Source: Octopus sinensis (lineage: Eukaryota). Taken from it: DNA of 36,996 nucleotides. The position numbers were made by a program, and so were the translations under genes. Shown here piece by piece: positions 1 to 10,744 of this stretch (position 1 is the first letter of the stretch; every line of letters starts with the position of its first letter). The DNA lies in the NCBI RefSeq assembly GCF_006345805.1, contig NW_021826223.1, positions 1 through 36,996 on the forward strand. Direction: 5' to 3'. The notes beneath the pieces were generated by a model. That model was not told the origin of the DNA and made no database searches. It saw only the letters and a program-made list of their open reading frames with translations.

Positions 1-60
1 ACGAAACAAACGAAATGAGCACCAAACTTTAAGACATAAATATCAATCAATGTCAATTCA

Positions 61-138
61 TTCGGCTAAAACGCTTCAAGTCGGTGCGGTGCCCCAGCAT
101 GGCCGCTGTCCGATAAACGAAACAAATAACAAATAAAA
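61..138 (+). mobile_element. Degenerate 3' tail of SINE type B (CORE-like octopus SINE)
   Basis: gcggtgccccagcatggccgc...gaaacaaataa matches the tail gcggtgctccagcatggccgcagtcaaatgactgaaacaagtaa seen at 1045-1090(-) and 16600-16650(+). Confidence 0.55.
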
Positions 139-618
139 TATAAACAATTCTTGGAAGGACGAGTTTAAAAGAAAAAAAAAAGCAGCATAAATCGTCACCA
201 CCGTCAGATGCTACAGAGAAAACCGATGAGTGATTCGAAGTGATAATTAATAAATGAGTGACGTAATTGCTTTAAGAGTTATGATTTAGCTGATGAGATG
301 AAAGCAGATAAACGCCGGCAAAGTAAGTTGTGAAATTGAGACTAAAATATGGTGGCTTAAAATTTCAAGTTATTTATACGGGTGCAGCGAAGCGCTTTCG
401 CAAGAATCCACGCGGCATAATTTCATTGGAAGTTATATTTTTAAAAGTGTTATCTATATAATCTGGTAGACGGGTAGTTATTTTATCGATCTGTGTTTAG
501 CATACAGCTAAATTACATGATATAAAGAAACGCAAGATTAGCATCCGTTTTAAGCAGTGTTGACTAGGATCTCTTACAGAGACTGGTACTTACATACTCT
601 CTCTCCCTCTCACACACG

Positions 619-728
619 CATATACGTAAATACATACGTACACACATACATACATACATACATACGTATACACTCATACACACACATATATATATACTTA
701 TATATATATACATATGTATACACATATG

Positions 729-762
<34 letters not shown>
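619..762. repeat. (TACA)n/(TA)n compound microsatellite
   Basis: Directly visible; explains the YI/HTYI ORF at 557-766. Confidence 0.9.
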
Positions 763-766
<4 letters not shown>

Positions 767-964
767 TAATATATAATATATCTATATAATATTAATTAGA
801 GACAAACCCACTGTTTGGCAAAACAAACAGGAAGACTTAATCAATACATAAGATTTTAATAAAAAGTCAAAAAAACCGCCATACAATATTTTATATAAAT
901 TGGATCAATCCTAAATCTGATTTTTTCCTGTAAATTTGGATTTCCCCTAATATTTTATTATTAT

Positions 965-997
<33 letters not shown>

Positions 998-1044
998 TCA
1001 TATATGCATTATATATATGTATAACACTACATGTATATATTATA

Positions 1045-1781
1045 TACTCTTTTACTTGTTTCAGTCATTGACTGCGGCCATGCTGGAGCACCGCCTTAAT
1101 CTAGGCACTCGACCCCGGGACTTATTCTTTTGTAAGCCCAGTACTTATTCAATCGGTCTCTTTTGCCGAACCGCTAAGTAACGGGGACGTAACACACCCA
1201 GCATATGGGACAAAACAGACATACAAACACACACATGTACATATATCTCTCTCTCTATTAAAACGGCAGTTTGTCTGTGCTGTTTCTGTGTGTCTGTTTT
1301 CTCGTACCCTCACCTGACCACGGCTTTCAACCGATTTTGATGAATTGACACACCCATAGCCCAATGTCATAATTCAAAACTAACGCAGCGAAAATTTTGA
1401 AAAGTTCCCCCAGTTCTGAAAAAAATCGATAAATTCGACATGTGGTCGAGAATAAAAAAAAACAACCACAGACTGTCTAGGGGACGCAACTCAACCTTTT
1501 ATTACTCTCAAAAAAAAAATTTACCATCATTTTTTTCCATTTTTTGGCTATTTTTTGCTATAACTCTCTAAAATGCCTTATAGTTATTTCCTTACAAACC
1601 TGAGCAACGCCGGGCGATACTGCTAGTATACATATATACGACAGTTTCCGTCTACCAAATCCACTCACAGGGCTTTGGTCGGCCCGAGGCTATAGTAGAA
1701 GACACTTGCTCAAGATGCCACGCAGTGGGACTGAACCCGGAACCATGTGACTAGTAAACAAGCTACTTACCACACAGCCAC
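1045..1781 (-). mobile_element. SINE type B (tRNA head + CORE-like cttgagcaagtgtctt + internal microsatellite + tail), split by a Helitron
   Basis: Tail at 1045-1203 and head at 1639-1781 (minus strand gtggctgtgtggtaag...ccgggttcagtcccactgcgtggc; A/B-box-like). Both parts are colinear with the copy at 16311-16650. Confidence 0.85.
1246..1626 (+). mobile_element. Non-autonomous Helitron
   Basis: Starts TC after an A (1245). Ends gagcaacgccgggcgatactgCTAG followed by T (1627). No TSD. The 3' ~140 bp is shared with 7412-7709(-). Confidence 0.8.
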
Positions 1782-1782
1782 A

Positions 1783-1786
1783 TATG

Positions 1787-1824
<38 letters not shown>

Positions 1825-1839
1825 CACCATATATATACG

Positions 1840-1878
<39 letters not shown>

Positions 1879-2030
1879 GGGGGGAGTGAAAGAGTGAGAA
1901 AAATAACGAATTTCCGCATTGTGTCCGCCCACAATATTCTACGCACAAAACATGAGCATGCGCGTATATATGTGCATACATATATACATACATATACAAA
2001 CGTGCATACATACATACATACATACATACA

Positions 2031-2096
<66 letters not shown>

Positions 2097-2185
2097 CATG
2101 CATACATACATACATACATACACACACATACATATATACATACATACATACATGCATACATACATGCATGTATACATGCATGCAT
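1783..2185. repeat. (TA)n,(GA)n,(TACA)n microsatellite block
   Basis: Directly visible; source of the overlapping low-complexity ORFs at 1690-2420. Confidence 0.9.
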
Positions 2186-2479
2186 ACGCCGGTGGTCTCT
2201 GAAACGCCTCCAGAAAGCTATTCTTGTTGATCAAGCACTTTAGAGGGCTGGTGACACACACCGGATTGGGGCGGAAAGACATCTGGGGACAAGTTAGTTT
2301 TTTCCTTCTGTGACAGCTGTATGAACTGATGGAGGAAAACAAAAAAAAAGGAAAAAAGCGCATTGGAACATATGACCCCGGGGCAAGACAAGGCAGCCTG
2401 TTAAAATGTTTCGTGGGCATTCCATCTCACGCATAATTACACACAATGACAAAATGACACATACATAGTTGACTGTATG

Positions 2480-2700
2480 TATGTCGTGTGTGTGTTTGTA
2501 CGTGTGTGTGTGTGTGTGTGTGCGTGTGTGTTCATGTATACCTGTGTGTGACTAAGAGTGTGTTTTTATTTTGAGCGTGTGTATTTTCTTAGGCATATAT
2601 CATATCTCATTATACAGACGCATTGGCTGCCATATTTTTCATATATATATGCATAAATATGCATGTGTGTGTAGGTCTCCGTGTGCGTGAGTGTATGCCT

Positions 2701-2731
<31 letters not shown>

Positions 2732-2935
2732 CACCATATATACATGTATATATATATACATATGTATGTATATAGAAGTATATATAAATATATATACACT
2801 CAAACACTCACACACACATACACACATACACCACACACACACACACACATGCTTATATATATATATATATATATATTTAGGTATATTTGTATGCATGAGT
2901 GTATACTTACGTATGTGTATGTGTGATGTATGTGT
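2480..2935. repeat. (TG)n/(TA)n/(CA)n microsatellite block
   Basis: Directly visible. Confidence 0.85.
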
Positions 2936-3252
2936 GCAGATATAAAGGACTACAACATTTTATAGAGGAATTGCATCTTTTAGAAACCAGACATATTTCG
3001 AAAGAGGTGGAATATCAGACTATTTCTGGATTTCAACGAAAGCACATTCCTCCGTTGGGGCTAGAGGATAAAACGCAGAATCCCCGAAGTCGATTTTGAT
3101 CGTTTATCGATTTGTTGACTTCCGCATTTTCTTGTTTAAAGGATGCTGCATTGCAGACTTCCGGTTTTCAAGTGTTTACACACACTCACTCACACGCACG
3201 CACTCACTCACACGCACGCACTCACTCACACGCACGCACTCACTCACACACA

Positions 3253-3285
<33 letters not shown>

Positions 3286-3444
3286 GCACAGTCCTTTACA
3301 AACACGTGCAGACATTCTGATACAGACAGTCACATCGCATGCATATTAGAAATATGATGTGAAATAACTCAATGCATATATATATATATATATATGCACA
3401 CACATTCAAGCATACACACACACATACATACATACATACATACA

Positions 3445-3478
<34 letters not shown>

Positions 3479-3489
3479 CATACATACAT

Positions 3490-4714
3490 ACATACATTAT
3501 ATATATATACGCACTCATACACACACATTTTTTTATCAAAGTATATGAGTGCATCATTATCGGAAGTTTAGATATGAATATGATACATAGATACATATTT
3601 TTAACAATATGTAACGTGTGTATCATAGAATACTCGTTTTTGAAACTCATTTACGCCACTTCTCTCTACAGCCTTCAAGTCACTCAGCCACTCTGAGTTA
3701 TTTCCCGTAGCTCATTTGTATCCAAATAGCCATAATTATCTCAGAAGTCAAAGTCTCTTGGTTCGCAGACAATTTCAATGATGAGGACACATACGAAGCT
3801 AGAAACACCTGAACACAACGGTCCTCTTATCTCCATATGCTAAGTTTATCCTTTTCCTTAATAACAGGACGTCTTTGGAGAATTCTTGGTTCTGGAAATT
3901 ATTTCACCTTTGGTAATCGGCACTCATCAAATGGTGGAGAAATTTTTAATAAACCAAGAATTCGTGTTACATTGTTTTTGATGTACTTGTACTTACCGAT
4001 GTTGTATACATGTATATATATATGTATACATACATACATACATACATACTACATACATACATACATCATACATACATACATACATACATACATACATACA
4101 TACATACATACATACATACATTATATATATATACGCACTCATACACACACATTTTTTTATCAAAGTATATGAGTGCATCATTATCGGAAGTTTAGATATG
4201 AATATGATACATAGATACATATTTTTAACAATATGTAACGTGTGTATCATAGAATACTCGTTTTTGAAACTCATTTACGCCACTTCTCTCTACAGCCTTC
4301 AAGTCACATCAGCCACTCTGAGTTATTTCCCGCAGCTCATTTGTATCCAAATAGCCATAATTATCTCAGAAGTCAAAGTCTCTTGGTTCGCAGACAATTT
4401 CAATGATGAGGACACATACGAAGCTAGAAACACCTGAACACAACGGTCCTCTTATCTCCATATGCTAAGTTTATCCTTTTCCTTAATAACAGGACGTCTT
4501 TGGAGAATTCTTGGTTCTGGAAATTATTTCACCTTTGGTAATCGGCACCTCATCAAATGGTGGAGAAATTTTTAATAAACCAAGAATTCGTGTTACATTG
4601 TTTTTGATGTACTTGTACTTACCGATGTTGTATACATGTATATATATATATATATACATACATACATACATACATACATACATACATACATACATACATA
4701 CATACATACATACA

Positions 4715-4740
<26 letters not shown>
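3490..4740 (+). repeat. Tandem duplication, two ~624-626 bp units bounded by (TACA)n
   Basis: Non-repetitive cores 3511-4020 and 4135-4646 are near-identical. I saw two 1-bp indels and one substitution. Identical ORF segments end at 3650 and 4274. Confidence 0.95.
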
Positions 4741-4748
<8 letters not shown>

Positions 4749-4751
4749 CAT

Positions 4752-4824
<73 letters not shown>

Positions 4825-4905
4825 ATATATATATATATATATATCTATATATATATATATGTATGTATCAAATGAAATAAATGAAACACAGGACACAAAG
4901 GATGT

Positions 4906-5000
4906 CGCGGTACATATGTTTCGAGCTTTATAGAACAACTTATTCTTACATCAATGCATAATCGACATAACAGATAGTTCAAAAGCCCTCTTCAGCCGCA
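4906..5000 (-). ncRNA. Type I hammerhead ribozyme, canonical core (PLE-type)
   Basis: Minus strand: UGCGG-CUGAAGA-GGGCUUU...AAAGCUC-GAAAC-AUAU-GUA^CCGCG. Stem I is 4-5 bp, stem II 7 bp, and stem III is the palindrome ACAUAUGU. Confidence 0.85.
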
Positions 5001-5204
5001 TGCAATTGCTACACCAAATACTTGTATCACATTATGAAAGGTCTGAGAAAGAACATTTGGTATTATTTATAATGGTAGGTAAACCGAGTATCACTGGGAA
5101 AGTATGTTTGTAAATCTTCATAATCAAACAGGCGTACATGGTATTATTAGACTCCCAAAAATCGTCCATACCGTTTTCTCACTCAACATATATATATATA
5201 TATA

Positions 5205-5261
<57 letters not shown>

Positions 5262-5321
5262 ATTTTGGTGAATTGAAGAAATGGAGCTGAACGCAGATTG
5301 AACAGAAATCGTTTTATTTCA

Positions 5322-5401
5322 TTCTACACGTGTTTCGAAAGGCACAAATTACCAAAATCCGATTGAATAATGGGACCATATTGTGTCTTTCTCTTCAGGA
5401 A
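5322..5401 (-). ncRNA. Type I hammerhead ribozyme (left palindrome arm)
   Basis: Reverse-complement copy of 5588-5667. Confidence 0.75.
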
Positions 5402-5587
5402 GAAAAAAGGAAATCCGTTGGAAAAACAAAAACAGAACAGAGGCGAGCAAAAACAAATCGAACTATGCTCCTAAGAGCCCATGGCGAAACGCCATGGTTT
5501 CGCCATGGGCTCTTAGGAGCATAGTTCGATTTGTTTTTGCTCCGCCTCTGTTCTGTTTTTGTTTTTTCCAACGGATTTCCTATTTTC

Positions 5588-5667
5588 TTCCTGAAGAGAA
5601 AGACACAATATGGTCCCATTATTCAATCGGATTTTGGTAATTTGTGCCTTTCGAAACACGTGTAGAA
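5588..5667 (+). ncRNA. Type I hammerhead ribozyme (right palindrome arm)
   Basis: UUC-CUGAAGA-GAAAG-A-CACAA...UUGUG-C-CUUUC-GAAAC-ACGU-GUA^GAA. Stem III is the palindrome ACACGUGU; stem I is only 3 bp. Confidence 0.75.
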
Positions 5668-5880
5668 TGAAATAAAACGATTTCTGTTCAATCTGCGTTC
5701 AGCTCCATTTCTTCAATTCACCAATAATGTTTTAATTTCAATTATCCGCACCAACGCACGGTTGCAACGCCAGATGGTTGTACCTCCAACCGTGCTGTTT
5801 ACTGCTGTGATTTTTGCTACTAAAGTATCGGTTAAACTTTTGATTAATCTACTACAAGATTATTCATCTTTCTATTTCAC

Positions 5881-5958
<78 letters not shown>

Positions 5959-6059
5959 TACATGTATAAGAAAAGAAATGGAGCAACAATTAACATTTAG
6001 AAGTTGATCATTGGTATTAAATGATCATAGTTTTATTGTAACTAAAATAACATTTAACA

Positions 6060-6260
6060 GCGGAGAAATAGACCACATGAAAAAAAACAAAAAACAAAGC
6101 GAGGACGTGATACATGCGAAGTATTAATAAGACGCTCAGAAAAGGAAAGAAAGAGTGGTTGTTTTACGTTTCGAGCAGAGCACTTCTTCGGAAGCAGGAG
6201 ACATAGGAAAGTCCAAAAGAAAAGGAAGAAGGAGGGAAAAAATCGCCAACAGTTCACGTT
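6060..6260 (-). mobile_element. PLE terminal (pLTR-like) fragment with decayed minimal hammerhead at 6161-6195
   Basis: Minus strand: gctt-CCGAAGA-a-gtgc-tct-gctc-GAAAC-GTA-aaac. Flanks (gcgaggacgtg...gacgctcag(a/g)aaaggaaagaaag) are homologous to 19757-19860. Confidence 0.7.
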
Positions 6261-6460
6261 TGTTTACATTTTGGAGTTCGGGATGATTACATCCAAGAAA
6301 ACACTGGTTCTATAACTAATATCTTGAGGAAATAAAACTTCCTTAAATGAATAGGTATATAGCACAAACAACAAATGCGATTGTAAACGGATATACATAC
6401 ATACATACATACATACATACTACATACATACATACATACATACATACATACATACATACA

Positions 6461-6494
<34 letters not shown>

Positions 6495-6608
6495 TATTAT
6501 ATATATATATAATATATATATAATATATAACATATATATGTATTTATGTATGTATGTATGCATGTATGTATTTACGGAAGGTGGGTGTCTTTGTCCCTCA
6601 TTACCTTT

Positions 6609-6786
6609 TGACAACCGGTGTTGGTTTGTTTACGCCTCAGAATCTTTGCGGTTCGGCAAAAAATGCTGATAAAATGAAGTACCAGATTAAAAAAAAAAGT
6701 AGTGGGGTTGATTCATACGACTAAAACTTCTTTAAGGCGATGCTTTAGCATGGCCGTAGTCTAATGACGGAAAAAAGTAAAAGATA
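6609..6786 (+). mobile_element. SINE type B 3' half
   Basis: ttgacaaccggtgttgg...gcggttcggcaaaa...gcatggccgtagtctaatgac...gtaaaaga. Confidence 0.75.
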
Positions 6787-7016
6787 CATATATATATATT
6801 TGTGGTTATGAGAGGTAATGGTGTCAAGAAGACCCAAAGGTGTCAGGTAATAATGAGTAAGTGCTATGGACAGACCATAATTAATTTCCAGGTTCGGTTA
6901 TTATGCGAATGAGGAGTCCAATGTAGGTTATATATCAGCATGTGTATATATAAAATAATTAACAGAATGAGATAAAAATCAAAGGCTGTGAAAGATTTCA
7001 GAACATTTTTAAATAG

Positions 7017-7063
7017 GTCTTACAGCTGTTTCGGAATATTTTATTTATCCCTTCATCAGAGAC
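7017..7063 (-). ncRNA. Minimal type I hammerhead ribozyme, intact core
   Basis: Minus strand: GUCU-CUGAUGA-A-GGGAUA-aauaaaa-UAUUCC-GAAAC-AGCU-GUA^AGAC. Confidence 0.8.
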
Positions 7064-7282
7064 GGTGTGAGAAAATGGTTAAGCAATAGTTACTCTAGAT
7101 AAGATATGAAATAGAGAGTGAAGTGGAGGAATGAAAATAGACGTGAGATATGCAGGGATATCGTATCTAACGTAGGTCATATATTAGCATGTGTGTATCT
7201 GTAGTCCATTTCCATTCCTCCACTTCATTCTCAATTTCATATCTTATCTAGAGTAACTATTGCTTAACCATTTTCTCGCACC

Positions 7283-7330
7283 GTCTCCAATGAAGAGATA
7301 TATAAAATATCTCAGAAACAGCTGTAAGAC
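7283..7330 (+). ncRNA. Hammerhead motif with mutated core (probably inactive)
   Basis: GUCU-CCAAUGA-A-GAGAUA-uauaaaa-UAUCUC-A-GAAAC-AGCU-GUA^AGAC. The core reads CCA where CUG is expected. Confidence 0.65.
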
Positions 7331-7411
7331 CTTTTATTTATAAATGTTCTGAAATCTTTCACAGCCTTAGACTTTTATCTCATTCTGTTAAATTTTATAT
7401 ATATATATATA

Positions 7412-7709
7412 CTAGCAGTATCGCCCGGCGTTGCTCGGGTTTGTAAGAGAAATAACTATATAAGCATTTTAGAGAGTTACTTCCCTTATATAATAGCAAA
7501 AAAATGCATTAAAAATGGGAAAAAAATGATGGTAATTTTTTTTTAAATCGTAGACTCATCGTAGACGCGCGCTAATACCCAGAAGGGCTCGATATGAATC
7601 ACGACTATAAGATACCCGCTTTTGGTTACACTGCACCGCAAAATGTGGGAGTAGTTAGGAATCTAAATCGTACGAGACAGACACACAACCTTACTTTTAT
7701 ATATAAAGA
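7412..7709 (-). mobile_element. Non-autonomous Helitron
   Basis: Minus strand: A|TCTTTATATATAAAAG...gagcaacgccgggcgatactgCTAG|T. The 3' end is shared with 1246-1626. Confidence 0.8.
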
Positions 7710-9176
7710 TATACAGAGAGACAGACAGACAGAGATAGAGATAGAGAGATAGATAGATAAATAAGCATATATGTGTGTGTATGCCTGTGTGTGTGTGTAT
7801 ATAATCTGTATTCAATTAATAGAAGGATATATCATCGTTATCTTTTAATTACGACCAGACTTCAAATTCACTTGCATAGACTTTATGTGTAGTTGAGAAG
7901 CGAATATTGATAACCTGGCTGCTTATCGTGAATACTTCACAGTTGCGTTGTGCTGTGTGTTGGTATATGGGAAGTGAAAGGGAGGGAGGAGAGAGAGAGA
8001 GAGGAAGAGAATAAGAGGGAAGAAAGTGAAAAGATACAGAGAAACAAGGAGAGAAAAAGTGTGAGAAAAAGAGAGAGAGAGGGAGGGAGATGATGATGAT
8101 GGGTGCTGAATCGGTATGTGCAGCAAATTTTTACATCAAACAAGAATAATTACTTTTTACTTAAGTATGTTCTTGCGTAGCAAACGTTAGCTTTTCACGA
8201 AATTTTCTACGGAAAATTTTTGTCATGTACAATTACAATCACTAATTGATACAATCTTATTTTCTTCACCTTTAATACATCTATACTGTTGATACATAGT
8301 CATCTGCGTGTATGTTGTTATTGAATTCTGACCTAATTTTGCAAAAAAAAAAAAAACCACAACATGCATAAAACAAAACAAAAACAAAACAAAACAAAAC
8401 AATGAATACTTTTGTTTGATGGTGGGTTGCTTATAAAAGATTCAATAAAGTGCTAATAGTATTGAAAAAATACAGGTAATTTTATATTAACGAGCCCTGC
8501 TGTTGTTTTATCATTTAATATGGTTTTGCTGTTGTTGTATCTTGCTTAAAACATATTTTTTATGCTTTTAAGTAATTATAAGTTATTACTCTAAATCTTC
8601 ATTTACGATTGCGCACTCCGTATTTGAATTCCGTTGATTATACCTTATACATTCTATCAATTTATCAGTCATATATTGATGCTGCTAATGTTGTTTAACT
8701 CTGGGCCATCCATATGATAAAAAAAAAATCCGATCGAGATAATCTTGTCTTTTAAGGATAAGAAGCACTGCATTATCTAATGTGTCATATTTTTTTTTCT
8801 ATTTATTGAAGCCACTAATATGTGATTTCAGCTATATATTTCTGGTACCGGTAATAGATACAGTGGCACATTTAGTTTTCTTAATTACGGGTAGTAATTA
8901 GTAAATGGATGATTGGCCTCTCATGATTCCGAATCAGAAATAAAGATCTAAGGTTGATGGATCTTTCTTCACTTCCTTCTAAAATTAATATAGACTTTGG
9001 AGAAGGGAGATAATCACTGTCGAGTCGATTATTTGTCTTATATCACATGCCTCATGCTTCAGTAATATAGAATACTTATATAGTATCAAAGCTACAGATT
9101 TATATAAGGCCGGAAATTATATAATTTTAATTATAAAATTATATGACTTTGTGTTTCTGAAATCAAAAATATTGGT

Positions 9177-9377
9177 TTCAAATTTCGGCTCAAGGCCATC
9201 AATTTCGGGGCAGGGGAAACTTGATACATCGACCCCCAATACTCAACTGGTTCTTATTTCATCGACCTCGAAATGAGGAAAGGTCTTGGCGGATTTTCAT
9301 CACAGAACGGGAAGACGGACGAAATGCCGCTAAGCATTTTGCCCAGCCTGCTAACGATTCTGCCAGCTCGCCGCCTT
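9177..9377 (-). mobile_element. SINE type A (tRNA-derived head ggcggcgagctggcagaatcgttag; OK-like)
   Basis: Head at 9377-9290 plus decayed gtcga...accagt body; homologous to the intact copy at 13215-13452. Confidence 0.85.
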
Positions 9378-9906
9378 TGAAATAAGGATCGAAGGTTGGT
9401 GGATCTTTCTTGATTTCCTTCTAAAATTAATAGAGATTTTGGAGAAGAGAGATAACTACTGTCGACTGATCTCATAATTCACATTATGGGGATCTGAAGG
9501 ACCGCTGCAATAATCTGAAAAGGGAATCTGTTGAATAAAACCATAATTAACTGGTCCTTCTTTATTTTCTTTTAACCAAAGCCAGGAGCTTATCAGCACC
9601 GCTCGTATATACCTTAAACAATCAACAAAAGAATGCGCGTGTTGTCAGACCAAACTCGCTAGCGAGTTATGACTGGCAATACTTTACTAGCCCCCTAGAG
9701 TTCCTTTTCTTTGATTTTCGGTCTAGTGAAGAGGATTGACAAGACCAAACATTCCTTAATTCTTGATTTGTGTATCAGAATGTTGTGACATGAAGTCTTG
9801 ATATTGTAAATTATGGAGTTTCGATGTGTATCGTTGCTCTACAATTCACCATCACAATTAACTACCTCTACCAACGACAGAACGAACATTAGCAGCAGAA
9901 ACACCA

Positions 9907-10295
9907 GGAGGCGCAATGGCCCAGTGGTTAGGGCAGCGGACTCGCAGTCGGAGGATCACGGTTTCGATTCCCAGACCGGGCGTTGTATGTGTTTATTGAG
10001 CGAAAACACCTAAAGCTCCACGAGGCTCCGGCAGGAAGTGGTGCCGACCCTTGTTGTACACTTTCGCTCCAACTTTCTCTCGCTCTTTCTTCCTGTTTCT
10101 TGTCCCCGACTTCCTACGCAACCGCTGAGCCTGGATGCGCATTCATCCATCCATCGATGGTCTCGGTGTCGGAGGTTGACCTGCTTTCTCTTCTGCGGAT
10201 CTTACGAATAGCAAAGGACCACGTTTCGGACTTCTCCCACTACAGAGGCGCGATCTTGCGAGCTCTGGGACGAAGACCGCTTCGCTCAACAAACA
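9907..10295 (+). mobile_element. SINE type C (tRNA-Arg-like head)
   Basis: ggaggcgcaatggcccagtggttagggcagcggacTCGcagtcggaggatcacggtttcgattccc has A/B boxes but imperfect cloverleaf pairing. It is followed by a non-tRNA body and a caaa tail. Confidence 0.8.
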
Positions 10296-10391
10296 AACAA
10301 AGCAGCAACACCACCGTCATTACCGCAGCCCCTAACATCACGATAACCAGCACGTTAACGCCATAATTACCAGTGTCACCACTACCACCGT

Positions 10392-10686
10392 GGAGGCACA
10401 TGGCCTAGTGTTTAGAGCAGCGGACTCGCGGTCGAGGGATCGCGGGCTCGGATCTCAGACCGGGCGAAGTGTGTGTTTATGAGCGAAATACCTAAGCCCC
10501 ACGTGGCTCCGGCAGAAGGTAATGGCGAACGTCTGCTGACTCTTTCGCCACAACTTTCTTCCTGCATCTTGCAGCTCACCTGCGACAGACCGGCATCCCG
10601 TCCAGGTTGGGAACCTATACGCCAAGGAAACCGGGAAACCGGCCCTATGAACCAGGTGTGGCTCTAGAAGGAACAAACAACAACAA
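10392..10686 (+). mobile_element. SINE type C, second copy with a different 3' half
   Basis: Head and ~90 bp body homologous to 9907. Tail ccaaggaaaccgggaaaccggccctatga...(caa)n. Confidence 0.8.
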
Positions 10687-10744
10687 CCACTATCATCACC
10701 ACCACCAATACTATTACCGACACCACAATCAATATTACCATCAC

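Larger units (their letters stand above)
5256..5734. repeat. Near-perfect fold-back palindrome (~235 bp arms, 6-nt spacer gccatg at 5491-5496)
   Basis: The arms are reverse complements with about 4 differences, mostly 1-bp indels. Confidence 0.95.
6945..7400. repeat. Diverged inverted repeat (~200 bp arms) of a PLE terminal segment
   Basis: 6945-7150 is the reverse complement of 7195-7400, visibly more diverged than the 5.3-5.7 kb palindrome. Each arm holds a hammerhead motif. Confidence 0.9.

Noticed and set aside
2940-3175. Possible exon or promoter (two ETS-like GGAAGT sites on the minus strand)
   Set aside because: Weak splice signals, an unrecognised peptide, and short motifs expected by chance.
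4300-4370. Minus-strand EF-hand-like DNYGYLDTNELRE in the duplicated unit
   Set aside because: An in-frame stop lies at loop position 2, there is no Asp at position 1, and no exon boundaries are evident.
557-4938. Many YI/HTYI/MYVC ORFs (and similar ones throughout the window)
   Set aside because: Read-outs of TA, TACA and CA microsatellites.
9907-9982. tRNA-Arg(TCG)-like gene
   Set aside because: Acceptor and T-stems do not pair properly, it continues into a repeat body, and a diverged paralogue lies at 10392. It is a SINE head.
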